Below are positions 50,750 to 60,611 of a DNA stretch of 64,000 nt, one piece after another. The number at the start of each line of letters is the position of its first letter. The first letter of the stretch is position 1. Position numbers and translations under genes: made by a program. The stretch comes from Candidatus Binatia bacterium (lineage in GTDB: Bacteria; Desulfobacterota; Binatia; Bin18), in NCBI GenBank assembly GCA_963664395.2, contig OY761159.2:2784001-2848000 (forward strand), in the 5' to 3' direction. The notes under the pieces are model-generated. The model was given only the letters and a program-made list of their open reading frames with translations. It ran no database searches and was not told where the DNA came from.

Positions 50750-52039
50750 TTACTCGTCTCCACCCTCGTCGCCTTCGTCCTGAGTTTCCTGCTCCAACTC
50801 AGGTGATTCTTCATATTGAGGTATAAACTCAGTTCCCTCCGTCTCCGGACGAGCGTTCGGGTACAATCGCAACAGATCCCATTCGTTTATGGCAGCCCGG
50901 ACCTTATACCGCATCCTGCCTTGATACCCTGCCCCACCTGCCTTTGCTTCCAATTGTGGTGCATCCCATCCATAGGCCGTGCCATGGATTTGTCTCAAGG
51001 TCTCGACTGTCGCATTCACATCTTCATCAGTCGGGGGCTTTAATTGAATAACGTCTCGTTCGAGGGTCCTCATCCCTGTTTCGGCTCTAGCCGCGGCAGT
51101 ATCGTCTCCTCGTGAGCGCAACCGTTGGGCTGCGTAGCGGCGGTCCTTCTTGCTATGCTCGTTATCGCTTAAAATAGCCGAGGCAAAGTCGCTCGTCACC
51201 GTGCCAACAACAATAAGACCTGGGTATTCTTCATTTTCGATCTTTCCCCACAAACGGGTCAACTCTGCATAAGACTTGGCTCTCTGCAAAACAGAGTAGG
51301 AACCGACCAATTCGATCTCGTCCAACAATATAACCCAGCCTTTGTAACCGGCGCCCTTCACCAGTTCTGTGGCAAAACGTAAATGTTGGGGGGGTAATTC
51401 CCTCGCCTTCGGGGCTCTGAAGGAGTAATTAGGTAATTGATCTATTTGCCTAAGCCCACCCTTTACGTCAGGAACCCGTATCTTTTCTCCTGACCAGAAC
51501 GCTCTGATTTTGCTCATAAGTTCAAAATCATTCGCCCTTTCATGAACCATCAGGGTTGCTGGAAATATGGCATGCAACCTGTTCTGCTCGGAGTTGGCCC
51601 ACTGAAAAAAACGGGTGTATGCCTCTGATGAGCCGTCAAGTTTGAGTCCCAGTTCTTCCATGAGCTGCCCGGTTCGGTCCGGCATCCGGCCGTGGTCTAT
51701 TGCGGACTTGAAAACCTTGTCCATGTTATACAGCGGTGTCTCTTTACTGATGGTTACTTTGCTGCACACAAAACCTTGCGACAGGGCTTGGTGTTCCAGG
51801 TATGAGAGTAAGTGAGACTTGCCCGTCCCAAAATCGCCGGAGACCAACATGCCTAATGAACTGGGAGGGGGATCGTCCGAATCGGCTGCCTTGGACAGCA
51901 GTTCTTTGAACTGGTTTTCTACTTGCGATTGATTACATCCTAGTATCTCCACAGCCTTTTCGTTAGGCACACCATTGCGGAGTCCCTCCAGGGCACGTCT
52001 GCAAGTCAATGCGTCTTTTCCGTCTATGTCGATATTCAT
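50750..52039 (-). CDS. BrxD/DUF2791-like P-loop ATPase
   Basis: RRALEGLRNGVP, Walker A GDFGTGKSH, Walker B WVILLDEIE. Confidence 0.85.
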   Translation of the reverse strand: MNIDIDGKDALTCRRALEGLRNGVPNEKAVEILGCNQSQVENQFKELLSKAADSDDPPPSSLGMLVSGDFGTGKSHLLSYLEHQALSQGFVCSKVTISKETPLYNMDKVFKSAIDHGRMPDRTGQLMEELGLKLDGSSEAYTRFFQWANSEQNRLHAIFPATLMVHERANDFELMSKIRAFWSGEKIRVPDVKGGLRQIDQLPNYSFRAPKARELPPQHLRFATELVKGAGYKGWVILLDEIELVGSYSVLQRAKSYAELTRLWGKIENEEYPGLIVVGTVTSDFASAILSDNEHSKKDRRYAAQRLRSRGDDTAAARAETGMRTLERDVIQLKPPTDEDVNATVETLRQIHGTAYGWDAPQLEAKAGGAGYQGRMRYKVRAAINEWDLLRLYPNARPETEGTEFIPQYEESPELEQETQDEGDEGGDE

Positions 52040-52055
52040 GGGGCCTACCTTTTCT

Positions 52056-53012
52056 TCAGGATATGCGTACCAAGGACGCCAGGGGATTCACTAGGTTTTC
52101 ATCCCGAACATCATCCATGATTCTTGTCCTAAGGGCCTGATAAATTCCAAACCCTCTGGAACGGGCGTCGGGATCGGGGAATGTGCGATCAGTCATGATG
52201 AGCAGCAACGCTCCAGTCAATTGGTCTGTTCCATCGACGAACTCTCTCAGAAGCTCGTAATGGTCCATGACCATTGCTTTTGTGTAATACCTCAGACCGT
52301 CTCTTGGATTCCGAGGAATCGCCACGCGGGAGTTGTCGATCAATATCACAGTTCCCCCACATCCTGTGTGTCGGAACCAGAAGAGGGCCGATTCAATGAA
52401 ATGCCTCGCGGTAACACGGTTTATAGCGGTGTTGATGGAAAACGATCTCACACTGCTCACTTTTGTATTCGTTCCTGTGAGCCAATCAATCAACGGTTGA
52501 CCTCCATATTGATTTGGACGACTGTTCTCTGACCAGCAAAGGTGGGTCATGGCGACTCTGAAATCTTTGGTCATGCGGTATTCTTTGAAGACCTCGTCTT
52601 GTATTTTTGGCCGTAATTCCTGAAGTACAAATTGCGGGTCAAGATTGTTGACGTTTGCTACAGTTTCAAAGATGTTATCAGCCGTTCCGGGGTCGATATT
52701 ATCGACCTGATAGCCTCCCTCTTCGGCCAAACGCAAAATCAGGCGTCGGGCCAACCGACGCCAATCTACTTGGCTCGCCATCTCGGAAAAAATATCCTGC
52801 GGCATATGGACTCTGGTCTCCGCTGCGTCAAGTTTCACGACAACGTAATCCAGGTCTCTGCACCGGCTCCCTATCGCTTCATATAGTGCCGGTTTCCGGC
52901 TTTCTGGCGTCACGGCAAACTTGATGGACGCACCACCCTCTGCGATAAAAGTCGATAAGTATTCGTCATCAAGAACTTTGAGCCAATCGTAAAGTGGTAT
53001 TTCGTTCGCCAT
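52056..53012 (-). CDS. DUF2791-like protein with degenerate P-loop
   Basis: EYLSTFIAEGGASIKFAV with no GKS/T; GTVILIDN; YELLREFVDGTD; GFGIYQALRTRI. Confidence 0.7.
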   Translation of the reverse strand: MANEIPLYDWLKVLDDEYLSTFIAEGGASIKFAVTPESRKPALYEAIGSRCRDLDYVVVKLDAAETRVHMPQDIFSEMASQVDWRRLARRLILRLAEEGGYQVDNIDPGTADNIFETVANVNNLDPQFVLQELRPKIQDEVFKEYRMTKDFRVAMTHLCWSENSRPNQYGGQPLIDWLTGTNTKVSSVRSFSINTAINRVTARHFIESALFWFRHTGCGGTVILIDNSRVAIPRNPRDGLRYYTKAMVMDHYELLREFVDGTDQLTGALLLIMTDRTFPDPDARSRGFGIYQALRTRIMDDVRDENLVNPLASLVRIS

Positions 53013-53812
53013 TATTCACTCCTGGAAAACTGGATTCCGTAATACGTGATAAGCTGATCGTCTGGGCCTATAAACTGGAAGGTGCCGCGGGCTCTTTTCG
53101 TGCCTGTTGAAGACGGGAAAGATACACGCGCCCCTTTCTTGGTATGGGACGGACCGTTCGCTTCCAAGGAATAAATGTCCCTGGCAAAATCTATATTGTG
53201 ATACTCACGCTTACTTCCGGGCAAAGAGGTAAATGCCTTATACACCTCGGCCAAAGGGACGACAGGACCATATCCACCGTTGATTAAACGTGTAGAAGAC
53301 TGTTCTCTCGATATGAGTAAGTACATCTCGTGCAACGCCTCTAGGAAAGCATCTGACTTGAATCGGGGCGGTTTTTTCTGTCTTTCAATTAGGAATTCTA
53401 CCAAGCGGGATGGTCTTAAAGTCGAGACCTTCTTTCTGTCAATTCTGACAGCGCGGTCCCCAGGCAAGATTTGAGCTATGGACGGATACGAAATCAACCG
53501 GCCATCTCTTTCATGGATGCTCAATTTCTTTTCTTTTGCTGTATGACACAGCTCGTTTACATAGTGTTCTTTGAGATAGTTTTCTTCTTCCTCATCCGTA
53601 AATGGCCAAGTTTCAATAGCGTTCGCAACTTCCTGCCTCAGAGAACCCAGCGCGGGATCAAGCCTTGAACAAACCCTTTTAATTGCGTTGATGTTTCCGT
53701 CCTGGGCTGCCTTCTGCAATGCCCTGGCAATTTTTACCAAGTCTGTTGCAGACTTCAGAGTCGAAGCCGCAGCTTCTTCCACGTCGTCGAATGCTCGTTC
53801 AAAGCTTGCCAT
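53012..53812 (-). CDS. Hypothetical protein (helical N-terminus), first gene of the DUF2791 operon
   Basis: RBS ggagg; TAATG coupling to the next gene. Confidence 0.8.
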   Translation of the reverse strand: MASFERAFDDVEEAAASTLKSATDLVKIARALQKAAQDGNINAIKRVCSRLDPALGSLRQEVANAIETWPFTDEEEENYLKEHYVNELCHTAKEKKLSIHERDGRLISYPSIAQILPGDRAVRIDRKKVSTLRPSRLVEFLIERQKKPPRFKSDAFLEALHEMYLLISREQSSTRLINGGYGPVVPLAEVYKAFTSLPGSKREYHNIDFARDIYSLEANGPSHTKKGARVSFPSSTGTKRARGTFQFIGPDDQLITYYGIQFSRSE

Positions 53813-54205
53813 TAATTAATGCCCTCCGTCTGTCATCTGAGCCCTAGTCCGTGTTCTTCGGCGTCCACATACGCTTAGAGTTGACTGAGAAAATTTTCTC
53901 AAGGGATTCGTTGCCGGTTAGTTTAGGATAGGGCTCTATCTGGAATACCGGACCGGGGGGAAATCTAGCGCTAGAATCTCAGACACACAACCCCAGAGTA
54001 AGGATAGGTCGTATATCTGATCGAATTTTTCTCCTGAGAGTACTAGGAGGCAGGCAGTAAGATTTCGTCTAGGTCGCTCAGGCAGTCCGATGGACCGTAC
54101 GCGCAGCAAGCGTATGTCACTGGAAGGTGTGATAGCGATAATGTTGGATTATGCTCCGCTAGTCCGACTTACGGCTATCCTAGTGAAACGACTCTTGGGC
54201 AGGAC

Positions 54206-54763
54206 TCACCCGAACAGCCGCCGCACCGCACACCGAAAGCCCGGCAGCACGTCCGCTCCGCTCAGCTCGTCATCTTCCCCCAGCGCCTGAACGTCATGCG
54301 ACGAGCGATAGATGTAGATTGTTCGGGTTGCGGGTTCTATAACCCACACCAAACGAGTCCCGGCCGAGAAATACTCGGCGATTCTGGTTTGTACGGCGCT
54401 GAAACGGTCTGAAGGCGAGGTGACCTCGACTGCCAGGTCCGGCGCAAACGGCCAATAGGTTTTGGGAATACCGGTCTCGGGAATACGCGCCTTGGCAATA
54501 AAGGCGGCATCTGGGGCGCGGACGATATCGGGGACGCGCTGCAAGATAAAACCGGTTTCCGCGCCGCTGCAGATGCCCAGGTCGTGCGCTTCAACGTACT
54601 CATCAAGTATACGACCGATCCGGACTGTCAAAACTCCATGCTCTCCGCCGGTCGGTGCCATACGAATCAGCTCTCCTGCGACGAGTTCGTATTTGTAATC
54701 GTCATCGGGAAGGGCGAACAGCTCTTCGGCGGTCATGAGTGCGTGCTGGGCGAGAGTGGTCAT
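54206..54763 (-). CDS. Uma2-family endonuclease
   Basis: ELVAGEL, RAPDAAF, APDLAVEVTSP, YFSAGTRLVWVI. Confidence 0.92.
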   Translation of the reverse strand: MTTLAQHALMTAEELFALPDDDYKYELVAGELIRMAPTGGEHGVLTVRIGRILDEYVEAHDLGICSGAETGFILQRVPDIVRAPDAAFIAKARIPETGIPKTYWPFAPDLAVEVTSPSDRFSAVQTRIAEYFSAGTRLVWVIEPATRTIYIYRSSHDVQALGEDDELSGADVLPGFRCAVRRLFG

Positions 54764-54797
54764 CGACTTCTCCTTCTTACGTGTCTCTCCACTCCAC

Positions 54798-57578
54798 TCA
54801 TCCTTCAAATCCAGGCGCGGTTCGGTTTACGCTCACCTGAACCGCGCAATACTTGAACTCGGGAATTTTCCCGTAGGGGTCCAGCGCTTCGTTGGTCAGC
54901 AGGTTGGCGGCTGCCTCCTGATAACAAAACGGAATAAAAATATCACCCCGCCGCAGGCTATCATCCGCGCGTGCGTAGATCGTGATCTCGCCGCGCCGTG
55001 AGGCAATGGTTAACAGGTCTCCCTCCGAACCGTCCACAGCGGCCAAGTCCGCGGGATGAATGCTGATCACCGGGTGCGGTTCTATTGCGTTCAGAACACT
55101 GGCGCGGCGGGTCATGGCGCCGGTATGCCAGTGTTCCAACTGACGACCGGTAATAAGAACAAACGGAAACTCGGCATCCGGCAACTCGTCTGCCTGAATC
55201 AGACGCGCGGGGACGAACCGGGCCGTACCGTCCGGGGTCGGAAAGTTCGCTTGAAACACGACCGACCGGCCCGGGTCGTCTTCGGTCCAGCAGGGATAGG
55301 TGATGGAGTCCAGGCGTTCGAGCCGCTGCCAGCTTATGCCCTCGATGCCGGGTATGGCCCAGCGCATCTCTTCGTAGACCGCCGCGGTATCGGGATAGCG
55401 CCAGTCCAGTCCCATCCGGCGCGCCATATCTTGAATGATGTCCAGGTCCTGACGGGCGTCGCCCGGCGTGTCGAGCGCTTTGCGGCCAAGCTGTACGCGC
55501 CGGTCGGTGTTGGTGAACGTGCCGGTCTTCTCCGGGAGGGCGGACGCCGGCAGGACCACGTCGGCAAACGCCGCGGTCTCGGTCAAGAACAAGTCCTGCA
55601 CGACCAGATGATCGAGCCGTGCCAAAGCCTGCCGCGCGTGATGCAGGTTGGGGTCGGACATGGCCGGGTTCTCGCCCATGATGTACATCCCGCGCACTTG
55701 GCCGTCGAGAATGGCATCGATAATCTCGACTACGGTCAAGCCGGGCCGCGGGTCCAGGGAGACGCTCCACAGTTCCTCGAAGCGTCTGCGCGCCTCGTCG
55801 TCATCGACCCGCTGATAGGCGGGGAACATCATCGGAATCAAACCGGCGTCGGACGCGCCCTGGACATTGTTCTGGCCCCGCAGCGGGTGCAATCCGGTGC
55901 CGGGGCGACCAATCTGGCCGGTCATCAGCGCGAGCGCAATCAGACACCGCGCATTGTCTGTGCCATGCACGTGCTGCGAGATGCCCATACCCCAGAAAAT
56001 CATTGAACCAGACGCGGTTGCGTAACGGCGGGCCACCTCCCGGATGGTCTCGGCCGCTATCCCGCAAATGGGTTCCATCTCCTCAGGGCTAAAGCCGGCC
56101 ACGTTTTGTTTGATAAGGTTAAAGCCTTGGGTGCGCTGCTCGATAAATTCCTGATGAACCAAACCCTCCTCAATGATAGTGTGCATCATGGCGTTGAGCA
56201 GGGCCACGTCAGTGTCTGGCTTAAACTGGAGATAATACGCTGCATGGCGGGCCAGCTCTGTCCGACGTGGGTCCATGACTATCAGCGTCTTGCCGGCTTT
56301 GGCCGCATTCTTCATAAAGGTCGCCGCAACCGGATGGTTCTCCGGCGTGTTGGAACCGATGATAATAATGCACTCCGCCTCCGCGACGTCTTCGACCTGA
56401 TTGGATACCGCGCCGGACCCAATGCCTTCTAAGAGGGCAACGACCGACGAGGCATGACACAGCCGCGTACAGTGGTCTACATTGTTCGTCCCAAATCCGG
56501 TCCGAACCAATTTTTGAAAGAGATAGGCTTCTTCGTTGCTGCCCTTTGCCGAGCCAAATCCGGCGAGCGCTTGGCCGCCTCGTTCGTCGCGGATTTTTTT
56601 CAGGCCGCCGGCAGCACGGTCGAGCGCTTCTTCCCAGGATGCCTCGCGGAACACGCGGGACACAGCGGCCGGGTCGAGCGTGGCGTCTTCTGCCGACTTG
56701 GGCGCGCCCGACTTGCGGATTAGCGGTGTCGTGAGCCGCTGCGGATGGTTCACGTAATCGAAGCCGTACCGGCCTTTGACACACAGCCGGCCGTGGTTGG
56801 ACGGACCGTCACGCCCGGTGACGTGGAGAATCTTGTTGTCTTTGATGTGATAGGTGAGCAGGCAGCCCACCCCGCAATAGGGACAGACAGAATCCACCGT
56901 TTTGTCCGGCTCAACCAGTCCCACCCCGCCGGCCGGCATAAGCGCTCCGGTCGGACAGGCCTGGACACATTCACCACAGCCAACGCACGAACTGGCCCCC
57001 ATCGGGTCGTCCACATCAAAGACGATCTTGGCCTGACTGCCGCGCAGGGCGTACCCAATGACATCGTTCACCTGCTCTTCACGGCAGGCACGCTGACAGC
57101 GGGTACACTGAATACAGGCATCAAGATTAACGGCAATGGCCGGATGCGACCCATCCGATTTTGGCTGCCGACGTGGTGCGAAGCGCGGCTTTCCGACTGC
57201 GAGCGCACGCGCCCAGGTGTCCAATTCCGAGTCTCGCGTATAGGCGGTCTCGACAACGTCCGAAAGCAGTAGTTCAAGGACCATCTTTTGGGAATGGCGG
57301 GCGCGCTCACTCGTCGTTGCAACGTCCATACCTTCCTGTGGCGTCCGGCAGCATGAGGCAGCAAGGGTACGCTCGCCCTTCACTTCCACCACACAGGCGC
57401 GGCAATTGCCGTCCGGCCGGAGCCCGTCTTTGTGGCACAGGTGAGGAATGTCAACCCCGTGACGCCGGGCGGCCTGTAAAATTGTTTCACCGGGGAGCGC
57501 ATCGACCGCCTGTCCGTCCAAAAGAAAAGACATCGGATTTGTGATTTCAGGATTTGCGACTTCAGAAATGGCAGCCAT
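54798..57578 (-). CDS. fdhF: Formate dehydrogenase alpha subunit (Cys-type)
   Basis: Fe-S domains, CPYCGVGC, LCVKGRYG, DHCTRLCH, LRGQNNVQG, IPEFKYCAV. Confidence 0.92.
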   Translation of the reverse strand: MAAISEVANPEITNPMSFLLDGQAVDALPGETILQAARRHGVDIPHLCHKDGLRPDGNCRACVVEVKGERTLAASCCRTPQEGMDVATTSERARHSQKMVLELLLSDVVETAYTRDSELDTWARALAVGKPRFAPRRQPKSDGSHPAIAVNLDACIQCTRCQRACREEQVNDVIGYALRGSQAKIVFDVDDPMGASSCVGCGECVQACPTGALMPAGGVGLVEPDKTVDSVCPYCGVGCLLTYHIKDNKILHVTGRDGPSNHGRLCVKGRYGFDYVNHPQRLTTPLIRKSGAPKSAEDATLDPAAVSRVFREASWEEALDRAAGGLKKIRDERGGQALAGFGSAKGSNEEAYLFQKLVRTGFGTNNVDHCTRLCHASSVVALLEGIGSGAVSNQVEDVAEAECIIIIGSNTPENHPVAATFMKNAAKAGKTLIVMDPRRTELARHAAYYLQFKPDTDVALLNAMMHTIIEEGLVHQEFIEQRTQGFNLIKQNVAGFSPEEMEPICGIAAETIREVARRYATASGSMIFWGMGISQHVHGTDNARCLIALALMTGQIGRPGTGLHPLRGQNNVQGASDAGLIPMMFPAYQRVDDDEARRRFEELWSVSLDPRPGLTVVEIIDAILDGQVRGMYIMGENPAMSDPNLHHARQALARLDHLVVQDLFLTETAAFADVVLPASALPEKTGTFTNTDRRVQLGRKALDTPGDARQDLDIIQDMARRMGLDWRYPDTAAVYEEMRWAIPGIEGISWQRLERLDSITYPCWTEDDPGRSVVFQANFPTPDGTARFVPARLIQADELPDAEFPFVLITGRQLEHWHTGAMTRRASVLNAIEPHPVISIHPADLAAVDGSEGDLLTIASRRGEITIYARADDSLRRGDIFIPFCYQEAAANLLTNEALDPYGKIPEFKYCAVQVSVNRTAPGFEG

Positions 57579-59266
57579 TATGCAAGCTCCTCTGGAAAGT
57601 ATTGGATGATACAGCGCAGGGGGTTGGGCGCGGCTTGGCCTAAGCCACAAATCGAGGCGTCGCCCATGACCTGGGCAAGCTCCTCAAGCAAGGGAACATC
57701 CCAGTGGTTTTGCGCCATCAGTCCGGCTGCTTTCTGTGTACCCACCCGACACGGTGTACATTTTCCGCATGACTCATGCGAAAAAAAACGCATCGCGTTG
57801 AGCGCTGCGGCCTTGGCGCTGTCTTTATCAGATAAAACGATAATCGCCGCGGAACCAATGAAACCCCCATGGGGTTGAAGGGTGTCGAAATCGAGCGGTA
57901 CATTGGCAAGCGCAGCCGGCAGAATACCGCCGGACGCGCCACCGGGAAAGTAGGCGTACAATTCATGTCCGGGGAGCATTCCCCCGCAATACTCGTCAAT
58001 CAGCTCACGCAGACTGATACCGGCCGGGGCCAGGTGCACGCCTGGCTTTTGGACGCGGCCACTGACGGAAAACGAACGGAGCCCCTTGCGGCCGTTCCGG
58101 CCATGACCGGTAAACCAGGCCGCCCCTTTCTGCACAATATCGCGTACCCAATACAGCGTTTCAAAATTATGCTCTAAGGTCGGACGCCCGAACAAGCCGA
58201 CCTCAGCCACATACGGCGGGCGCAGCCGCGGCATCCCCCGTTTGCCCTCAATGGACTCCATCATGCCCGACTCTTCCCCACAGATATACGCACCCGCCCC
58301 GCGGCGGAGGTGGATAACGGGGAGCGACATTGGCGGGTCGGCCGCCAGAGCGGCAACGGCGTTCCGAAGAATCTGGAGACAGGCCGGATATTCATCTCGG
58401 ATATAGATATAGACTTCGCTGATCCCAGCCGCCCAGGAGGCGATCAACATACCTTCCAGGAAACGATGCGGGTCGCGTTCAAGATAATAGCGGTCCTTAA
58501 AGGTGCCCGGCTCGCCTTCATCAATATTCACCGCTAAGAGGCGCGGACCTTTATAACCACGCACGATGCGCCACTTGCGCCCGGCCGGAAAGCCAGCCCC
58601 ACCAAGACCGCGCAAGCCGGAATCTTCCAGCGCTTGCACGACTGAATCGATCTCACGTGTCCCGTTTATACACTCACGCAGGAGCTGATATCCGCTGTCC
58701 GCTCGATAGGCTTGATACTCAATAGTTCCCGCGGGCAGGCGGGCTTGGGTATCGTTGTGTTCGACCGCTTGTCTCACGCGTTCTACGCTGGCCGTCCCGA
58801 TTGGATTCTGGCCGACAACCGCAACCGGCGCGGTTTCACACCGTCCCACGCACGGCACGCGCTGGACCCGCACCGTTGTTCCAATCCCTTGCTCTAAAGC
58901 GGGGATCAACTGTTCCGCTCCGGCCAGCTCACAACTGACCGAGTCACACACTCGAACGGTGATTGTCGGCGGAGGGGTTTCGCCTTCTTTCACAACATCA
59001 AAATGATGGTAAAAGCTGGCAACCTCGTACACTTCAACTGGAGCGAGCTGCATTTCGTGGGCGAGGGCAACCAGGTGGGCCGCAGACAGATGGCCATAGT
59101 GATCCTGGATTTTATGCAGATGTTCAATCAGCAGGTCCCGGCGACGGGGCGTATCAGCCAGCAACACCTGCACCTCCCGGAGGGCCTGAGGGTCAACACT
59201 GCGCCCTTTGGGTCTGGTGCGGAGACCTTTCGGACGTTTTCTGCCGCGCTCTCCGTTGTGTTTCAT
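57578..59266 (-). CDS. NAD-dependent formate dehydrogenase NuoE/NuoF-like subunit
   Basis: GLRGLGGAGFP, DEGEPGTFKDR, GAGAYICGEE, ESCGKCTPCRVG. Confidence 0.92.
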   Translation of the reverse strand: MKHNGERGRKRPKGLRTRPKGRSVDPQALREVQVLLADTPRRRDLLIEHLHKIQDHYGHLSAAHLVALAHEMQLAPVEVYEVASFYHHFDVVKEGETPPPTITVRVCDSVSCELAGAEQLIPALEQGIGTTVRVQRVPCVGRCETAPVAVVGQNPIGTASVERVRQAVEHNDTQARLPAGTIEYQAYRADSGYQLLRECINGTREIDSVVQALEDSGLRGLGGAGFPAGRKWRIVRGYKGPRLLAVNIDEGEPGTFKDRYYLERDPHRFLEGMLIASWAAGISEVYIYIRDEYPACLQILRNAVAALAADPPMSLPVIHLRRGAGAYICGEESGMMESIEGKRGMPRLRPPYVAEVGLFGRPTLEHNFETLYWVRDIVQKGAAWFTGHGRNGRKGLRSFSVSGRVQKPGVHLAPAGISLRELIDEYCGGMLPGHELYAYFPGGASGGILPAALANVPLDFDTLQPHGGFIGSAAIIVLSDKDSAKAAALNAMRFFSHESCGKCTPCRVGTQKAAGLMAQNHWDVPLLEELAQVMGDASICGLGQAAPNPLRCIIQYFPEELA

Positions 59267-59359
59267 GTTGCGTCCTGCCTGACAAAGGCTCTCTCAAAAA
59301 AGGATTGGAGTAAAGATAAGAAGGATAGCCTATTTATCGGCTAGGGCTCAAGGGTCCTT

Positions 59360-59472
59360 TCACTATCGGATGTCCTTGTGAGCACCCTTGACACATGTGG
59401 GTTCGACTCCCTGAGAAGATAGCCCCATAGCGGATGGCTGCTGCGCACCCTTGACACACGTGGGTTCGACTC
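59360..59472 (+). repeat. Two-unit tandem repeat (about 63 bp period) with 28-bp core
   Basis: gcacccttgacaca(t/c)gtgggttcgactc at 59382-59409 and 59445-59472. Confidence 0.8.
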
Positions 59473-59618
59473 TTACTTTTCCGCATCAGAGACGTTCAGT
59501 CTCAGACAAACAACAGCATAAAATCCATAAAATCAATGAAGAAAGTCAGTCTTGTCAACGTCTATTACCGTCTACAGTGTCCTCTCTACGGCCAAGACTG
59601 AGGAGAATACTCAGACAC

Positions 59619-60608
59619 ATGGATGGAGATATTTCGGCTCTGAACGAACGGGTGAAAGAAGAAGCCGTGTCGCTGGCACGCTTACGAGACGCTATTGGCC
59701 AGGTCATTATCGGTCAGCATTATCTCGTAGACCGCTTGATTGTCGGTCTGTTGGCGAACGGCCACGTTCTGCTGGAAGGCGTCCCCGGCTTAGCCAAGAC
59801 ACTATCAGTCAAGACGCTTGCCCAAACCATCAGCGCCCGCTTTCAGCGTCTCCAATTTACCCCGGACCTCCTCCCCGCAGACCTCATAGGCACGCTGATC
59901 TACAATCCTCGCGAGGGCACCTTTACGACCAAGAAGGGGCCGGTTTTTGCCAATATTATTCTGGCGGATGAGATTAACCGGGCGCCGGCGAAGGTCCAAA
60001 GCGCCCTGCTCGAAGCCATGCAGGAACGTCAGGTGACGATAGGTGAGGAGACCCATCTCCTGCCGGATCCCTTCCTGGTTTTGGCCACCCAGAACCCCAT
60101 TGAGCAGGAAGGCACCTATCCCTTGCCGGAGGCCCAGCTCGACCGCTTCATGTTGAAGCTCTGGGTGACCTATCCTTCAAAGGAAGAAGAGCGGCAGATC
60201 CTGGATCGCATGGCGTCCACCACTCCGCCCGCTGCCGCCAGTCCGGTGCTGAGTACGGCTGACATTGTGCGTCTGCGCAGCCTGACCGACCAGATTTATC
60301 TGGACGACAAAATTAAGGATTATATAATTGATCTGGTCTTTGCCACACGCGATCCCGCAGCCTACAACATCGATGTCCAGCACTTTATTCAGTACGGCGC
60401 TTCACCGCGGGCCACCCTGTCACTGGCCGTCGCCACCAAAGCCTATGCCCTGCTCCAGGGACGCGGATACGTGACTCCTCAAGATGTGAAATCCATTGGC
60501 CCGGACATTCTGCGCCACCGGGTCATTATTACGTATGAGGCCGAGGCCGAAGAACTGACCGCAGATACCGTCCTGCAATACATCTTTGATGGCGTGCCCG
60601 TGCCCTAG
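59619..60608 (+). CDS. moxR: MoxR-family AAA+ ATPase
   Basis: EGVPGLAKT, QFTPDLLPAD, DEINRAPAKVQSALLE, ATQNPIEQEGTY. Confidence 0.95.
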   Translation: MDGDISALNERVKEEAVSLARLRDAIGQVIIGQHYLVDRLIVGLLANGHVLLEGVPGLAKTLSVKTLAQTISARFQRLQFTPDLLPADLIGTLIYNPREGTFTTKKGPVFANIILADEINRAPAKVQSALLEAMQERQVTIGEETHLLPDPFLVLATQNPIEQEGTYPLPEAQLDRFMLKLWVTYPSKEEERQILDRMASTTPPAAASPVLSTADIVRLRSLTDQIYLDDKIKDYIIDLVFATRDPAAYNIDVQHFIQYGASPRATLSLAVATKAYALLQGRGYVTPQDVKSIGPDILRHRVIITYEAEAEELTADTVLQYIFDGVPVP

Positions 60609-60611
60609 GCT

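Noticed and set aside
50750-53812. Complete BREX system
   Set aside because: No pglZ, pglX, pglW or brxHI in the window.
59382-59472. CRISPR array (28-bp repeat, 35-bp spacer)
   Set aside because: Only two units, no typical CRISPR terminal motif, the 'spacer' resembles the segment before the first unit, and there are no cas genes.
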